Shown here: positions 1 through 12,782 of the stretch, one piece after another
Layout: every line of letters begins with the position of its first letter
Position numbering within the stretch: position 1 is the first letter of the stretch
Assembly (NCBI RefSeq): GCF_006345805.1
Contig: NC_042997.1
Coordinates: 107,570,001 to 107,634,000 of the forward strand
Direction: 5' to 3'
From: Octopus sinensis
Taxonomy: Eukaryota
Length of the DNA stretch: 64,000 nucleotides
The notes under the pieces: generated by a model
The model's database searches: none
What the model saw: the letters and a program-made list of their open reading frames with translations, nothing else
What the model was told of the DNA's origin: nothing
Translations under genes and position numbers: made by a program

Positions 1-196
1 TACTTATTAAATAATTAATTGAGAAAGTAGTTAATTAGTAAAGGGAAGATTAGTTAGCGTAATAGTTTGAGCTATTATTTACAAATAGTGTTTAAGCAGT
101 TTACAGTTGGTGGAGATATCGTTGAAAATTTTTGTACAACTGACTGATTTACAAAGGATCGAAACAAACTTACGGACAGCAAACTGATAATTATAC

Positions 197-198
197 AT

Positions 199-291
<93 letters not shown>

Positions 292-346
292 TGCATACAT
301 GCATACATACATACATACATACATACATACATACATACATACATAC
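197..346. repeat. Compound (CA)n/(TACA)n microsatellite
   Basis: Directly visible. Confidence 0.95.
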
Positions 347-716
<370 letters not shown>

Positions 717-1487
717 CACTATCATATATTTTATGCGACATATACTATTTAATGAGAACGCAAGAACTTCAGTCTCCATGCAGCATTTCTTCTTATAAAA
801 ATAATCTGAAATTCTAAAAATCCTGATTCTTTAAAATGGAAAATTACTTGGAAAGTTGGACTGAAATAATTAGCTTTGTTCCTCAGCAGTAACTAATTAA
901 GGCAACATTAAGTGAATATAAAAACAGCAGACTGACAGAAAGAAAAGAGCTCTGAAGTGAATTAAAGATTGGCGAAATCAGACGTGGTCTGCGAGACTAG
1001 ATTCATTTTTTTTAAAGTTCAAATATGGATATGATTGAATTACGAGGAACCTGATGTCTTGAGCAAAACCTTTGTCAGAGAAATCTTAAAAAAACATTTT
1101 TAGTCTTTTCTTTTTTGGCTTTATAAATTTTGTCATTGTACTTCTTTCAAATCCTTTTGTCTTTCATTCTTTCAAGACGATAAAACGACTGCAGGCCTAG
1201 AACTCTGTGACAGTGAGTAAAAGAAGAGTGTAGGCTTTTCTGTTGTAAACTATTCTACTGTGGAATATTCTATCAACTAATTAAGTAACAATTAACTAGA
1301 GCTCATTCTCAGACGAAAAATTTATCGAACTCACGAAATATTTATTGTAAAACCGGAAACGACGGAGAAAAGATGGCTTCTGGAGTTAGAAATAAAATAA
1401 AAAATATCTGTCATTGTTTTAACATTGGTCACTCCTTCCTTCTATCTTTTCATTTTTCTCTCGCTCGCTCGCTTCTCTCAACTCTCT

Positions 1488-1556
<69 letters not shown>

Positions 1557-2169
1557 ATGTCTTATTTCCTCTCCGAGGAAAAGGGATACACATGATAATA
1601 TTTATGGCTATACCTAGCCAGGATCTGTCAACTCTTGTCCTTTATTCAAAATGGACACAGTCTTCTAGTCTTAGATTTAGTAGTTGATAAAGAGATAAAT
1701 GAATTAGAAATGAATTTCAATCCCTTACAACCCTATGGCCCCACCATGCTCCATGCGATTCTTGGAAGTTGTATTCTTAGCTACAATAGCGACAACATGA
1801 ATTTCTTCCAGCTTCTTGCTCTGTTAAAATATTGAGAGTGACTTCCAAGATTCAGCCAGCTATGCCATTATTAGACGGTCCAATGATTAACTAGCTGGCC
1901 GATACTTCGAAGTCACTGTTAATACTCTTTTTGTTAAAGAGTAATGTATATGTACACATACACACAAACACTCTCTCTCACTCTTATACACTCACTCTCT
2001 CTCTCTCTCTCTCTCTCTGTTACACTTTTTTTCTCTCTCTCTCTCTCTCACTCACTCTCTGACAAATATACATACAATATTCTTTCATTTTTCGCTTTTG
2101 ATTGTGTTAATGTTGATGATGATGACAATGATGACGATATTCACAATATCCTGGTTGTTTTCATTGAAG

Positions 2170-2226
2170 GGAGACAAAGGATTTACAAAAGATGATCTGG
2201 ATCACGTTTTTGCTTTGTACGACAGG
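2170..2226 (+). CDS. Cbp53E: Calbindin-32/calretinin-family EF-hand protein, internal coding exon (GDKGFTKDDLDHVFALYDR), phase 0/0
   Basis: AG acceptor at 2168-2169 and GTAAGT donor at 2227. The peptide is the entering helix and first two loop residues of an EF-hand and joins in frame to the exon at 22138 to give loop DRDKNGSIENEE. The spliced product matches the C-terminal EF5-EF6 pattern of invertebrate calbindin-32 as I recall it; the symbol is borrowed from the Drosophila homologue. Confidence 0.85.
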
Positions 2227-2831
2227 GTAAGTGACTTTATCTTTTCTTCTCTCTTCAGACTACTTAATGTCTACAAGAGCTTCACACACCCCGTTTTAAT
2301 ATTTTAGAGATGTTACCAATTGCTACTTTCGGTCCTGATACATTGTGGGATAACATAGTTGAAAGCTAACAGACTGTCATTCGTAATAGATATAGAAACA
2401 CCCTTTGTGCTGGGTTATACTGAAGTTGAACGTTTTAATCAAATAAAACGATTGCTTTTCAGTTTTTCTTTCTCATTATGGCAATTTATTCAGATAAAAT
2501 TTGAAAATACATCAACAGTGGGTAAATTTGATGACAATTCGATTCAAATTCAGAATGGACTTATCTTAGAAAACTACTTGCTTAGACTTTCCTAACTAAA
2601 TTCCCAGATTCAACAACAAACATCCATTCCACCCGCCCCATATCTTTATCCATATTCCATGTTGTATCAACTACAATAGTTAGTGTCAGTAGAATACGGT
2701 TCTTTTGGTAGATTCCAGTTGCAATCCTGAAAAACATCCATCAAAACAGGGTGAAGACATGGAATCTTTTGACAGACATTATAAATATCAGTTCGGGACA
2801 GTCGGTTTATATCAACAAGAAGATATTAGAG

Positions 2832-4516
2832 AAATAGAGAATACCAAACGAGTTCCCTATGGATACCGTATTTATTACAACGAGTGGCTTGTAAACGTAT
2901 CTAACGAGCGAAAGCGAGTTAGATACGTTTACAAGCCACGAGTTGTAATAAATACGGTATCCATAGGGAATGAGTTTGGTATTTTATTTATTACACACGA
3001 ATAAACGACCATATTTTATTAACCCAATAACTAAATTCTTCACATCGTGTTGAAGCGCGCATGAATACAGCTTGATTTCACGTCAGTGACATCACAATGT
3101 GTAACTGTAAAAGATGTCATGCCGCAGGAAGATAGTCCGACTTTATAGCGCTAAGTTTTCAGGTGAAATGACTGATAACTGATGACTGTTTAACATTTTG
3201 TTAACATTCAAGTTCACGTTCAAGAAATACATAACACAGATTGAATCTTCAATAACTTTAATAATACTCAAACATGTTTTCGAGTAGCAATGTCAGTCAG
3301 AGTGAATGAAGTTCAGTTGTAACTTATGAATGACAAAAGTAGTGCCGTCACCGTGACCTCGGGTCATCACCATGGATTGACCAGTCAGAAGCAGCGCTCG
3401 CAGTATCTGACATATGTTAGATACCAAAAATATCTCAAAGTGTTCTCACTCACATGTGTGTAATAAATAGAGAATACCAAACGAGTTCCCTATGGATACC
3501 GTATTTATTACAACGAGTGGCTTGTAAACGTATCTAACGAGCGAAAGCGAGTTAGATACGTTTACAAGCCACGAATTGTAATAAATACGATATCCATAGG
3601 GAATGAGTTTGGTATTTTATTTATTACACACGAATAAACGACCATATTTTATTAACCCAATAACTAATTCTTCACATCGTGTTGAAGCGCGCATGAATAC
3701 AGCTTGATTTCACGTCAGTGACATCACAATGTGTAACTGTAAAAGATGTCATGCCGCAGGAAGATAGTCCGACTTTATAGCGCTAAGTTTTCAGGTGAAA
3801 TGACTGATAACTGATGACTGTTTAACATTTTGTTAACATTCAAGTTCACGTTCAAGAAATACATAACACAGATTGAATCTTCAATAACTTTAATAATACT
3901 CAAACATGTTTTCGAGTAGCAATGTCAGTCAGAGTGAATGAAGTTCAGTTGTAACTTATGAATGACAAAAGTAGTGCCGTCACCGTGACCTCGGGTCATC
4001 ACCATGGATTGACCAGTCAGAAGCAGCGCTCGCAGTATCTGACATATGTTAGATACCAAAAATATCTCAAAGTGTTCTCACTCACATGTGTGTAATAAAT
4101 AGAGAATACCAAACGAGTTCCCTATGGATACCGTATTTATTACAACGAGTGGCTTGTAAACGTATCTAACGAGCGAAAGCGAGTTAGATACGTTTACAAG
4201 CCACGAATTGTAATAAATACGATATCCATAGGGAATGAGTTTGGTATTTTATTTATTACACACGAATAAACGACCATATTTTATTAACCCAATAACTAAA
4301 TTCTTCACGTTTAGTTGTAACTTATGAATGACAAAAGTAGTGCCGTCACCGTGACCTCAAGTCATCACCATGGATTGACCAATCAGAAGCAGTGCTGTCA
4401 CCGTGACCTCGGGTCATCACCATGGATTGACCTATCAGAAGCAGCGCTCGCAGTATCTGACATATGTTAGATACCAAAAATATCTCAAAGTGTTCTCACT
4501 CACATTTGTGTAATAA
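2832..4516 (+). repeat. Head-to-tail array of a 633-nt unit (two full copies plus one internally deleted copy), each with a 144-nt imperfect palindrome; putative non-autonomous Crypton-like element
   Basis: Unit starts (AAATAGAGAATACC) at 2832, 3465 and 4097. Palindrome 2840-2983 is centred on AACGAGCGAAAGCGAGTT. The Crypton assignment rests on recalled resemblance to Eulor/Crypton hairpins and is an inference; the repeat itself is certain. Confidence 0.75.
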
Positions 4517-4739
4517 TAACTTATTTCTGGAATCTCTTCTGACCGTACATCGACAAAAGTGTTAAGAATTCTTTCTCGAATTAGGAATAGGCAATCGCCC
4601 ACGTTCATTCTCTGGAAGTTGCTGCTTAGAAAAATACTCTGAACACGTTTCCTATCTCGGAACAAATTCTGTTCCAGCCTAATCCTATTTTTTCTATTGT
4701 AAATTTTAAAATATAGTCACACCAGTATTATTTATTTGT

Positions 4740-4746
4740 CTTCTCT

Positions 4747-4789
<43 letters not shown>

Positions 4790-4878
4790 GTCTGTCTGTC
4801 TGTCTCTCTGTCTGTCTCTCTGTCTGTCTCTCTGTTTGTGTGTCTGTCTGTCTCTCTCTCTGTCTCTCTCTCTGTCAG
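4740..4878. repeat. (CT)n/(CTGT)n microsatellite
   Basis: Directly visible. Confidence 0.9.
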
Positions 4879-4967
4879 CTATCTTGTTTCAAGTTCCAGT
4901 ATAATGAAACTGATGCGTATGAAACTACAAATGAAAACGAAGCTGTGGCTATAATAGATGACTTTAA

Positions 4968-5181
4968 GGCGGTGAGCTAGCAGAAACGTTAGCGCGCTGG
5001 GCGAAATGCTTAGCGGTATTTCGTCTGTCGTTACGTTCTGAGTTCAACTTTGCCTTACATCCTTTCGGGGTCGATAAATAAAGTACCAGTTTCGCACTGG
5101 GGTCGATGTAATCGACTTAATCCCTTCGTCTGTCCTTGGTTGTCCCTCTATGTTTAGCCCCTTGGGGGCAGTAAAGAAATA
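4968..5181 (+). mobile_element. SINE (GGCGGTGAGCTRGCAGAAACGTTAGC family) with a short internal deletion
   Basis: Close match to the copy at 32278-32497 and to the reverse copy at about 54925-55035; lacks the AATTCCGCCGAGGTCGA segment present in the 32.3-kb copy. Confidence 0.8.
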
Positions 5182-6639
5182 TATAATAGATTACTTTTAG
5201 GAAATGGCGAGCATTTTTACTTCAAGGTTATTTTATTTTGCTCGCTGATACACAAACAATCTCATTTATATTTAATCGCAAAAGTAGAGGAAAAACGATG
5301 AATACTCCAGATTTCTCCCGGCGTTTGCGTGTTTAGATGCGAAAGTTTTCAAAGTACTTCATTGTCTTCCAAATATATTCTCCGTGTTTAGGGTTTTAAC
5401 TTTAGCCGACTCGTAACTACACCATTAGCAATAGTATTTAACCTTCATTTTCTACGCTGGCATGGGCTGGGCGGTTTGACAGGATCCGACAGCCGCAGGG
5501 CTGAGTGAAGCTCCATTGTCAGTTTTGACATAGTTTTTAGGGTTTGGTGCTCTTCTTAACCCCCATAACACTGTGTATTGGGTGCTTTTTGGTGACATCG
5601 GCTCTGGTAAAGTTGCCAAGTAAGTTGCAAAACGAAGAAAAGAAAAGGTAAAAGTGTCATCGATACTACTGATATTACTTACTTGTAGTTGCGGCCTCAT
5701 TCACCCAGCGTGGGTTGAACTGCCTCCAGACCAACGAGTTTACAACGTCACTCACGAATAGCGACGGCCGGCCCCATCATTCCAACAGGCAAGTAATGCT
5801 TCTGTCTGCAGCCCAAAAGTCCAACTTTCAAATTTGACAAATGCCCCACTGCGAAAGCAAGCACATCGGATAGTGCGGACATCGTATCAGTGGTCGTCAT
5901 TTGTTGTTGCGGTGTCGAGGTGATGTTTGGAGTTTCAGAGCGAATACAGATTCACATGTGGTCCCTAGTCACATGTATACACACTTTGGGACCGTGTGAT
6001 CTGTAGATCACATCTTGCCGTCGACTATCGGCCGTTGCAGAAGATTCGTTGACCAAGTCACCGACGATTATAGAAACAGACATCTCCTGGGTTTAAAGCG
6101 GGTGTTACACATGCTAGTTAACCCATAGCTGGGACCCTAACACGTGCTACTACTCCGGGTCAGAGTAGACTTGGGGACAGTTGTGGCTAAGAGGTGGTTC
6201 CATATTCCTTAAAACCCGGGAACTCGTGGCCCCACTAACGGATGCAGTTTAAAGTCATACCCAGGGGCACCAATAATAGATATGAGAGGGTGTTCAGAAT
6301 GACAGCAGACAGGAGAGGTGTTAAAGACAAGGTATCGCCCAGAGGGTAGGGAGAGATAACTGATGGCAGAGAAAAGGGGGTTGATCGGTGGGAAGCAGCA
6401 TGGACAGGTATGATAATAAGAATGAGGGATGGAGTTTGAAAGGAAGTGGTTCCAAGAGGAGAAGGGGGTAACTGATAGTACTAGTGGAGTGGGGAATGAT
6501 ATATGCTCCAATTCTGCTCTCAAATGATTACAGCAGAAGAGTAATGGAAGTTTGGGTGTTATGAAAATGAGATTTGAAAGAATGTTTGACGTGGAGAAAT
6601 TAAATACAGGGCTCAGCAGAATCATGATGCTTTCATGGT

Positions 6640-6900
6640 CTCACTTTCGCCGTGGAGGACGGGTTTTCTGGAGCACAGCAAATCGCTATTCATCTCGATT
6701 CTATATCAGCTCTACTGCGAGACTCAACATCTTCACTACTTCATCTCGTATCTTTCTAGGTTTTCCCCTTCCATAAGTTCCATCCTCTTGAAGAGATTGC
6801 TTCTTTATGCAGCTGTCCTCATTCATACGCATCACGTGACTAAACCAACACAGTCTTTCCTCTGAGACACTATATCTGATACCTCGTATCCCTTTTTTAT
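6640..6900 (-). mobile_element. RTE-clade LINE 3' fragment
   Basis: Minus translation ERLCWFSHVMRMNEDSCIKK...GRGKPRKIRDEVVK matches the RTE C-terminal LRWFGHVxRM...RGRPRKTW motif. Confidence 0.55.
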
Positions 6901-8384
6901 CTCTTAGCAGAGCAACAAAGCAGACTAGCTTGTTGAGTATACGGGACACCCTAATGGTGATTCCATTACCGAAGATGTAACAGCGGCTCAACAACTGAAA
7001 TTTCTTCTCATTTAACAAGTATTAGGGAGGAATCACTGAAGAATAAATAAATGTTACAAATAAAAACTTCTAGTTTTATACATTATGAGATACTTTAGCT
7101 GAAGACTGGCTGCCATTTATCCTGGGACATACTGCAATTGAATGCGTTTACCGAATAAAGCAATTGGCTCCCATCTGTCGCTTCTGACGGTGACAAAAGA
7201 AACCATTGTGTGTTTTACGAAACTCCTCTATTATTGAGTAACATTTAAAAAAGAATCATTGTATAAAATGAACTCAGCATTAACCATAGAATACTAATCA
7301 ATATGATATCTGTTTGCAGTGTGGTTCTATACCATTTTGTGGTACCAATTTAGAGTTAGTTATGTCTTTGGGACTCAAGACAAGTTTGACGATTATTTGC
7401 AAAATCTTAGCCCTTTGTTTGGTATTCGTCAACCCAGTCGACTCGTGCTCCCAACCCAGTCGACTCGTGCTCCCAACAGTGAACAAGGTTTGTAAATTGA
7501 TATTAATAAAGATTCAAAAGTTTTAGCAGAAAATGTATATTTTCGATATTCATACAAAAATCTGGTCTACAATCTAAGCCAGAGAAAGTAGTCTGACTGA
7601 ATAAACCTGGAATTAGGCTCACCACACCTCATACGGTTTCCATAATAAATATTAAAACTCTGCTCTGTTGCCATGTAATTTGTTACCAATTTCACAGAAT
7701 AAAATGTTTCCCCTATAACAACACGTTCAGCAGATTTGAACTTGCAAGCCATAAGCTGTCAGTCTAACACTATATACACTCATTCAGCCTGATACTATAC
7801 ACACATACCCAGTCTAATGCTATAGATAACCACAGCCAGTTCATGAGTATAAACATATCACTTTATATATGTATTAACTAGAGGCTACTGGAACAGCCTG
7901 GGTCGGAACTCAACGGAAACAGACAGTTTATGTTTTGCTTAGCCAAAGGAACAAGGATCCTGAAAAAAGCCGCTCAATCCAAGTGCTTTCCTGAATACAC
8001 AAACTGAAACTTTTAGCCGATACTCTTATGACATAAAATGCATTTTCGAAATGTGGTCTTCTCCATTTGCAGACTGGAGAATGAGAAAACGTACACAAAC
8101 TGACCCATCTCGGACACAATTGAAATGGTTCAAGGGGAGGTAACTTTCCCCCTCTCAGAATGAGTTTTTCGGGTTTTTTTTTCTCTTTTTTTCACCACAA
8201 AACTGACTAAGACTGCTTATTTATCTCCATTAGCAAAGAGGCTATATGCTTCCGACAAGCAGGTCTGATGACTCACCTATATTGCTAAGTGCAATAGTAG
8301 ACGTGAAACGAATGGTAACTGTCTGACTGGTTACATGCCATATCTAATGATATATCACTCGACTACAAATATGTGTCTCTTATA

Positions 8385-9202
8385 TTTTTTAATTATTGTA
8401 AATCTTCCACTGAGGAGGGAGCCGGTTTCCAACAAAGATACAAGGCTCCATCTTTGGGATTTAGTAAACACACACAAATTTACATTTGGAACTTAAGAAA
8501 AGTCTTGCATATTTTTATTGTTCCACTCACAGACTGGACCTGTACGAATCAGTCGGTCAATTTCTCTTTCTGAAAATCCCAGTTTATCCAGATTCTCTTT
8601 TAAGCAGTTACTAACAATTATCATTGGTATGAATATGAATTCATAGTCTGGATATAGAAACTGGAGGTTTCGAAGCAGGTGTCCATAGATATCCTCTTTT
8701 TCTTCGATGTTCAAAGGGATATTTATATCTGCAGGGCAGCTGACCTCCATGATAGTACATACATATGGCTCTCTGTCCCAAACAACAATATCCGGCTTGT
8801 TATGCTTACATTTGACAGAAGTTTTGATGGGAATATTCCACCAGTATTCCTTGAGTTGGTGTTTATGAATGTATTCCATAACAGAGGGATTTTCTAAGTT
8901 TATTTCAGCACAGTCTTTTTTGCGGATGGCATTGTAAATTGTTTTAGCAACAACATCATGCCGCATAGGGAGGTAGTACCGTGACGACATTTTAGGACAA
9001 CTGCTAATCACATGCGTGATGTCTTCCACAGAAACATGACATAGCCTACACATGCTGTTGCACATTGGGATTACAAGAGCGTCATTGTCTCTCTTGTTCA
9101 CCAGGTGCTTTGTGGAAATCTCCTGTTCCTGGATTGCAAACATCATGCCACATAGGGAAGTAGTACTCTGATGACATGCGTAATGTCTCCCACAGAAAGA
9201 TG
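8385..9202 (-). mobile_element. R4/Dong-clade RLE LINE (family alpha), 5'-truncated 3' fragment with CCHC knuckle and RLE domain
   Basis: ORF 8493-9302 contains CRLCHVSVEDITHVISSCP, RHD, HNKPDIVVWD...EVSCPAD and LYPDY motifs; the 3' UTR resembles that at about 20280-20345. Confidence 0.8.
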
Positions 9203-9257
9203 ATGTATGTATGTATGTATGTATGTATGTATGTATGTATGTATGTATGTATGTATA
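9203..9257. repeat. (TATG)n tract separating two RLE-LINE copies
   Basis: Directly visible. Confidence 0.95.
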
Positions 9258-12200
9258 CGTACAGATTTGTATGTTTTGATTTATGTATGTATTCCCATGC
9301 ATATAGTTGCGTATCTAGACATACTCACATATATTTAAATGATGATAAACTTCTAGAAAGTTTTACAGATTCTTACAGTTCCAGCTTCGTATTAGCTTCC
9401 TCCTTTCTGGTTTTGAGAAGCTTAATTTCTCAAGATTGATATTTAGGCAGTGTGTTACATATCCCAGGGCCTCAATAATTACAGGTGTAAACATCAACTT
9501 GTAATCTGGATAGAGTAACTGCAGATTTCTCAATAGTTCAGTATAGGTGTTCTCCTTTTCACTGATCTTCACCTTTATGTTAACATCCGCTGTGCAGCTA
9601 ATTTCCACAACTGTGCACAGTTTCTCTTCTCTGTCCCAAATCATTATATCAGATCTATTGTGTTTACATTTTATTGATGTTTTCGCTGGGACATTCCACT
9701 AATACTACTTTTTATTATGAGTGACTATCGCTTCCACCATACTGTGAATTCTTATTTCTTTGTCCTTGAGGTTATTCCTTCGACGGATCCCATTATACAG
9801 TGTCCTAGCTAGAACATCATGTCTCATCGGTAGATAATTGGTGATGACATTTTCGGGCAACTGCTTATGATGTGAGTGATATCTTCAGTGTAAACTTCAC
9901 AAAGTCTGCATCGATTGTTAAATTTTACTGCTTTCTCTGCATCTCTGTCCCTTTTGTGTGTCAGGTATTTGGTTGATATTTCCTGTTTCTGGATTGCAAA
10001 CGAACAGCCTTCTAAGTGGGAGGTAGTAATCTGGATATTGGTGCATGATTGACTGCTTTGATGATCTATGCTACTATCATCTCTGAACTTTCTACTAACA
10101 TATCAATGCATAGTCTTCTGCTCATATACGCTCATCCGTTCATCTGATGATATGCTGTGGTAGAGTTGTGTGGCATCTTTGGGCAGGTATTTAAGGTCAT
10201 CAGTCAAGGAATGCTGTTGAAGGAGCTGCCTTCCAAGTTTTATGATGTTTATCAGCCTCATATATGCAAAATTGGTCAAGGGATGCACTTTGACATTTGG
10301 TGGTTAGAAGTTGTTACCGAAGGGATATGATGCGACATTCAAATGCATTTTGGATCGATGTCAAGCCTCTGCCTCTTTGTTTTCAGTTTAAGTAGAGACG
10401 GTCTACATCACTGCTTATGTAGAAATTATGTCTGCTTGTTAGTATTTCCAAGGTTTTCACCTCAATGGCTTGGATCTCATCAAGCGTCCAGTCAAGCAGT
10501 TCAAACGCTGGTATGTTTACTGGCACTGCAAACACATTGTGGGCCACTGTTTTATTGAATGCAGAGAGTTCTGAGGTCCAAAATTTCTTTATTCGGCTGT
10601 AATATTCTTTAGTAACACGTATTTTGTTACAGGTGCCATTGTAAAATATATTTTCATCCAGCCTTAGACACCTGTAACATTCTTCATCAGATGATATACG
10701 GGAAATGGTCAGGTCAATGATGGTTTACAGTTTTCCCTCTTTTTGCAACCCTATAGCAACATTTATCCTGACCAAACTTCAACTCTAAGAACTTTGAAAA
10801 TGTTGTAACCAGGTCAAGGCTCTTTTTCATCTCGTGCATATTCTTTGCATAAAGTTTCAAGTCATCCACAAAGAAACAGTGTGTAATTTTGGCATTTCTG
10901 CTTCCTTGTGAACCAGTGAGATATCCTTTAGATTTCCTTAACATGAATGACAAGGAGTTTACAGAAAGTATTAACAACATAACAGAGAGGCTGTCCCCTT
11001 GGAATATGCCTCTGTGATTACTGTATTCTATCGGTGATAGTACAGTCACTCTTTACGTTTAATTTCAAAATGGTGGTCCACGATGAAGTCAAGTCAGCGA
11101 TGGTTTTGACTATGTTCACTGGAACTTCAGCAAGTTGAAAGGCTTCTAGCATCCATGAATGGGGAACAGAATGAAAGGCTTTCTTGCAGTCTAGCCACAT
11201 TGAAACTAGGTTCCTCCTACGCTCTCGCACCTCTGATATCACAGTTTTGTTGATTAAAAATTGCTCGGCACATCCACAGACTCCCTTCTTCCCAGCTGCT
11301 TGTTCTGCTGTGATAATGGTATTGGTTTCACAATGGTCCTGGAGGAAGAGATTTAAGCACCGCCTGATTGGCGCCCGTGCCGCTAGCACGTTAAAAACAC
11401 CATTCGAGCGTGGTCAATGCCACTGCCGCTTAACTGGTCCCGTGCTGGTGGCACGTAAAAAGTACCATTCGAGAGTCGTCGTTGCCAGTGCCGCCTGACT
11501 GGCTCCTGTGTCGGTGACACGTCAAAAGCACCATTCATGTGTGGTTGATGCCTGCACCGCCTGACTGGCCCTCGTGCCGATGGCGCATAAAAAACACTCA
11601 TTACACTCTCGGGGTGGTTGGTGTTAGGAAAGGCATCCAACTGTAGAAACTTTGCCAGATCAGATTGGAGCCTGGTACAGCCTTCTTGCTTGCCAGCCCT
11701 CAGTCAAACCGTCAAACCCATACCAGCATGGAAAGCGGACGTTAAACGACGACGACGACGATGATGATTAGATTTTGGCATGCAATTGGCCGGTAGTTGT
11801 TTTGCCATGTGGGTGGTTCTGCATTTGGGGATCAATTTTGTCTCTGGCAGAGCTAACCAGTGTGGTATGCTATTGTTCCCACTGAGAGAGAGCTTGCTGG
11901 TACAGGTTGATGAGATATGGTCGGTAGAGGGTTAGTCTCTTGAACCAATATCCAACAATCAAGTCTCTTCCAGGTGCTTTTTCCATCCTGAAGTTTCTGG
12001 ATCACAGTTACAAGGCTATCACCATCAGTGCTGTATGTTTTGGGTGTAATGCAGAGGCAATAACTTCGGATTTCCTCCAGTCACAGAGCGTCTTGATTAA
12101 ACTCTTAGTGACTTCAGATTTTCCTCTAGAAGGGGTTTATGTCTTCTCGTGAAGGAGCTTCCGTGATGTTCACTGCTCCACCTCTCCTGTCTCTGTATAC

Positions 12201-12737
12201 TGCTGCCTAGTTCTGGTTAATTCTTTCGGTTGTTATCTTCTGATGTCGGAGTTTCTCACTAACAGCTTTTAGCTCCCGTTTGAGATTAATCAGTTTGCAA
12301 GTGAGTGTCTTCTTTTTGTTGTCTCCAAACATCATTTCTATCTCCTCCACTTTTTGTTGGTGAGATGTATAGTGATTTGCTTGTTTGAACGCAATAAACA
12401 CCATCACAAGGCTGATGGTCTTCCGTAAACCAGTCATCTTTTTCTCTGTCTTCAAAACCCATAACGATACTTTGTTGTTTCGGTTTTGTTCACCTTTTGA
12501 ATGTCATTTATGTACTGCTTTGCAGTTGTAGCCAGAGCATCTGTCAGACAAGCGTTCATCCGCCAGAATGTCGGAACATTACACTGCTGTAAATATTCCT
12601 CACCAATTTCGTTAACAGCTTTTAATACCGAATCTGATGGGTTTTAATGCCATATCTGGTGGGTTTACTTACTTTGATAGCGAATATTCTCTCCTCGAGA
12701 GAGTACTCAAAACCAAAGTAATTTTTTCTCAGAAAAT
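9258..12737 (-). mobile_element. R4/Dong-clade RLE LINE (family alpha), long degenerate copy with RT, CCHC and RLE, interrupted by a SINE
   Basis: Minus ORFs carry RT motifs (QAAGKKG..G..EQ.LIN, WLDCKKAF.SVPHSW, RGIFQGDSLS, FFVDDLKLYA) and the RLE C-terminus (IWDREEKLCTVVEISC, LQLLYPDYK); many stops and frameshifts. Confidence 0.85.
11357..11768 (+). mobile_element. SINE-like element with about 3.6 internal 65-66-nt tandem units and an RTE-type 3' tail ending in (GAC)n(GAT)n
   Basis: CCTGAYTGG-like unit starts at 11363, 11429, 11494 and 11560. The tail GGAAAGGCATCCAACTGTAGAAA...AGCATGGAAAGCGGACGTTAAACGACGAC is also present reversed at 13945-14110. It interrupts the RLE-LINE RT. Confidence 0.65.
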
Positions 12738-12738
12738 T

Positions 12739-12751
12739 TGTATGTATGTAA

Positions 12752-12782
<31 letters not shown>

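Noticed and set aside
1177-1212. 36-nt exon-like segment with a strong pyrimidine tract, AAG acceptor and GTGAGT donor (open only in phase 1: DKTTAGLELCD)
   Set aside because: It has stops in phases 0 and 2, so it cannot join the phase-0 exon at 2170, and it does not resemble the expected upstream calbindin exon. It would fit only via an unlikely alternative AG at 2172-2173. Worth a glance in RNA-seq but not supported.
2098-2169. ATG-started ORF extension upstream of the exon at 2170
   Set aside because: Derived from a (GAT)n tract in intronic sequence; the acceptor at 2168-2169 explains the true exon start.
2832-4516. CRISPR-like or pre-miRNA interpretation of the repeated palindromes
   Set aside because: Spacers are identical between units, there are no cas genes and the context is eukaryotic. 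The stem is longer and more regular than a typical pre-miRNA and is TE-like.
6209-6625. 138-aa minus-strand ORF
   Set aside because: Low-complexity and compositionally biased, with no domain I can recognise; probably a decayed repeat.
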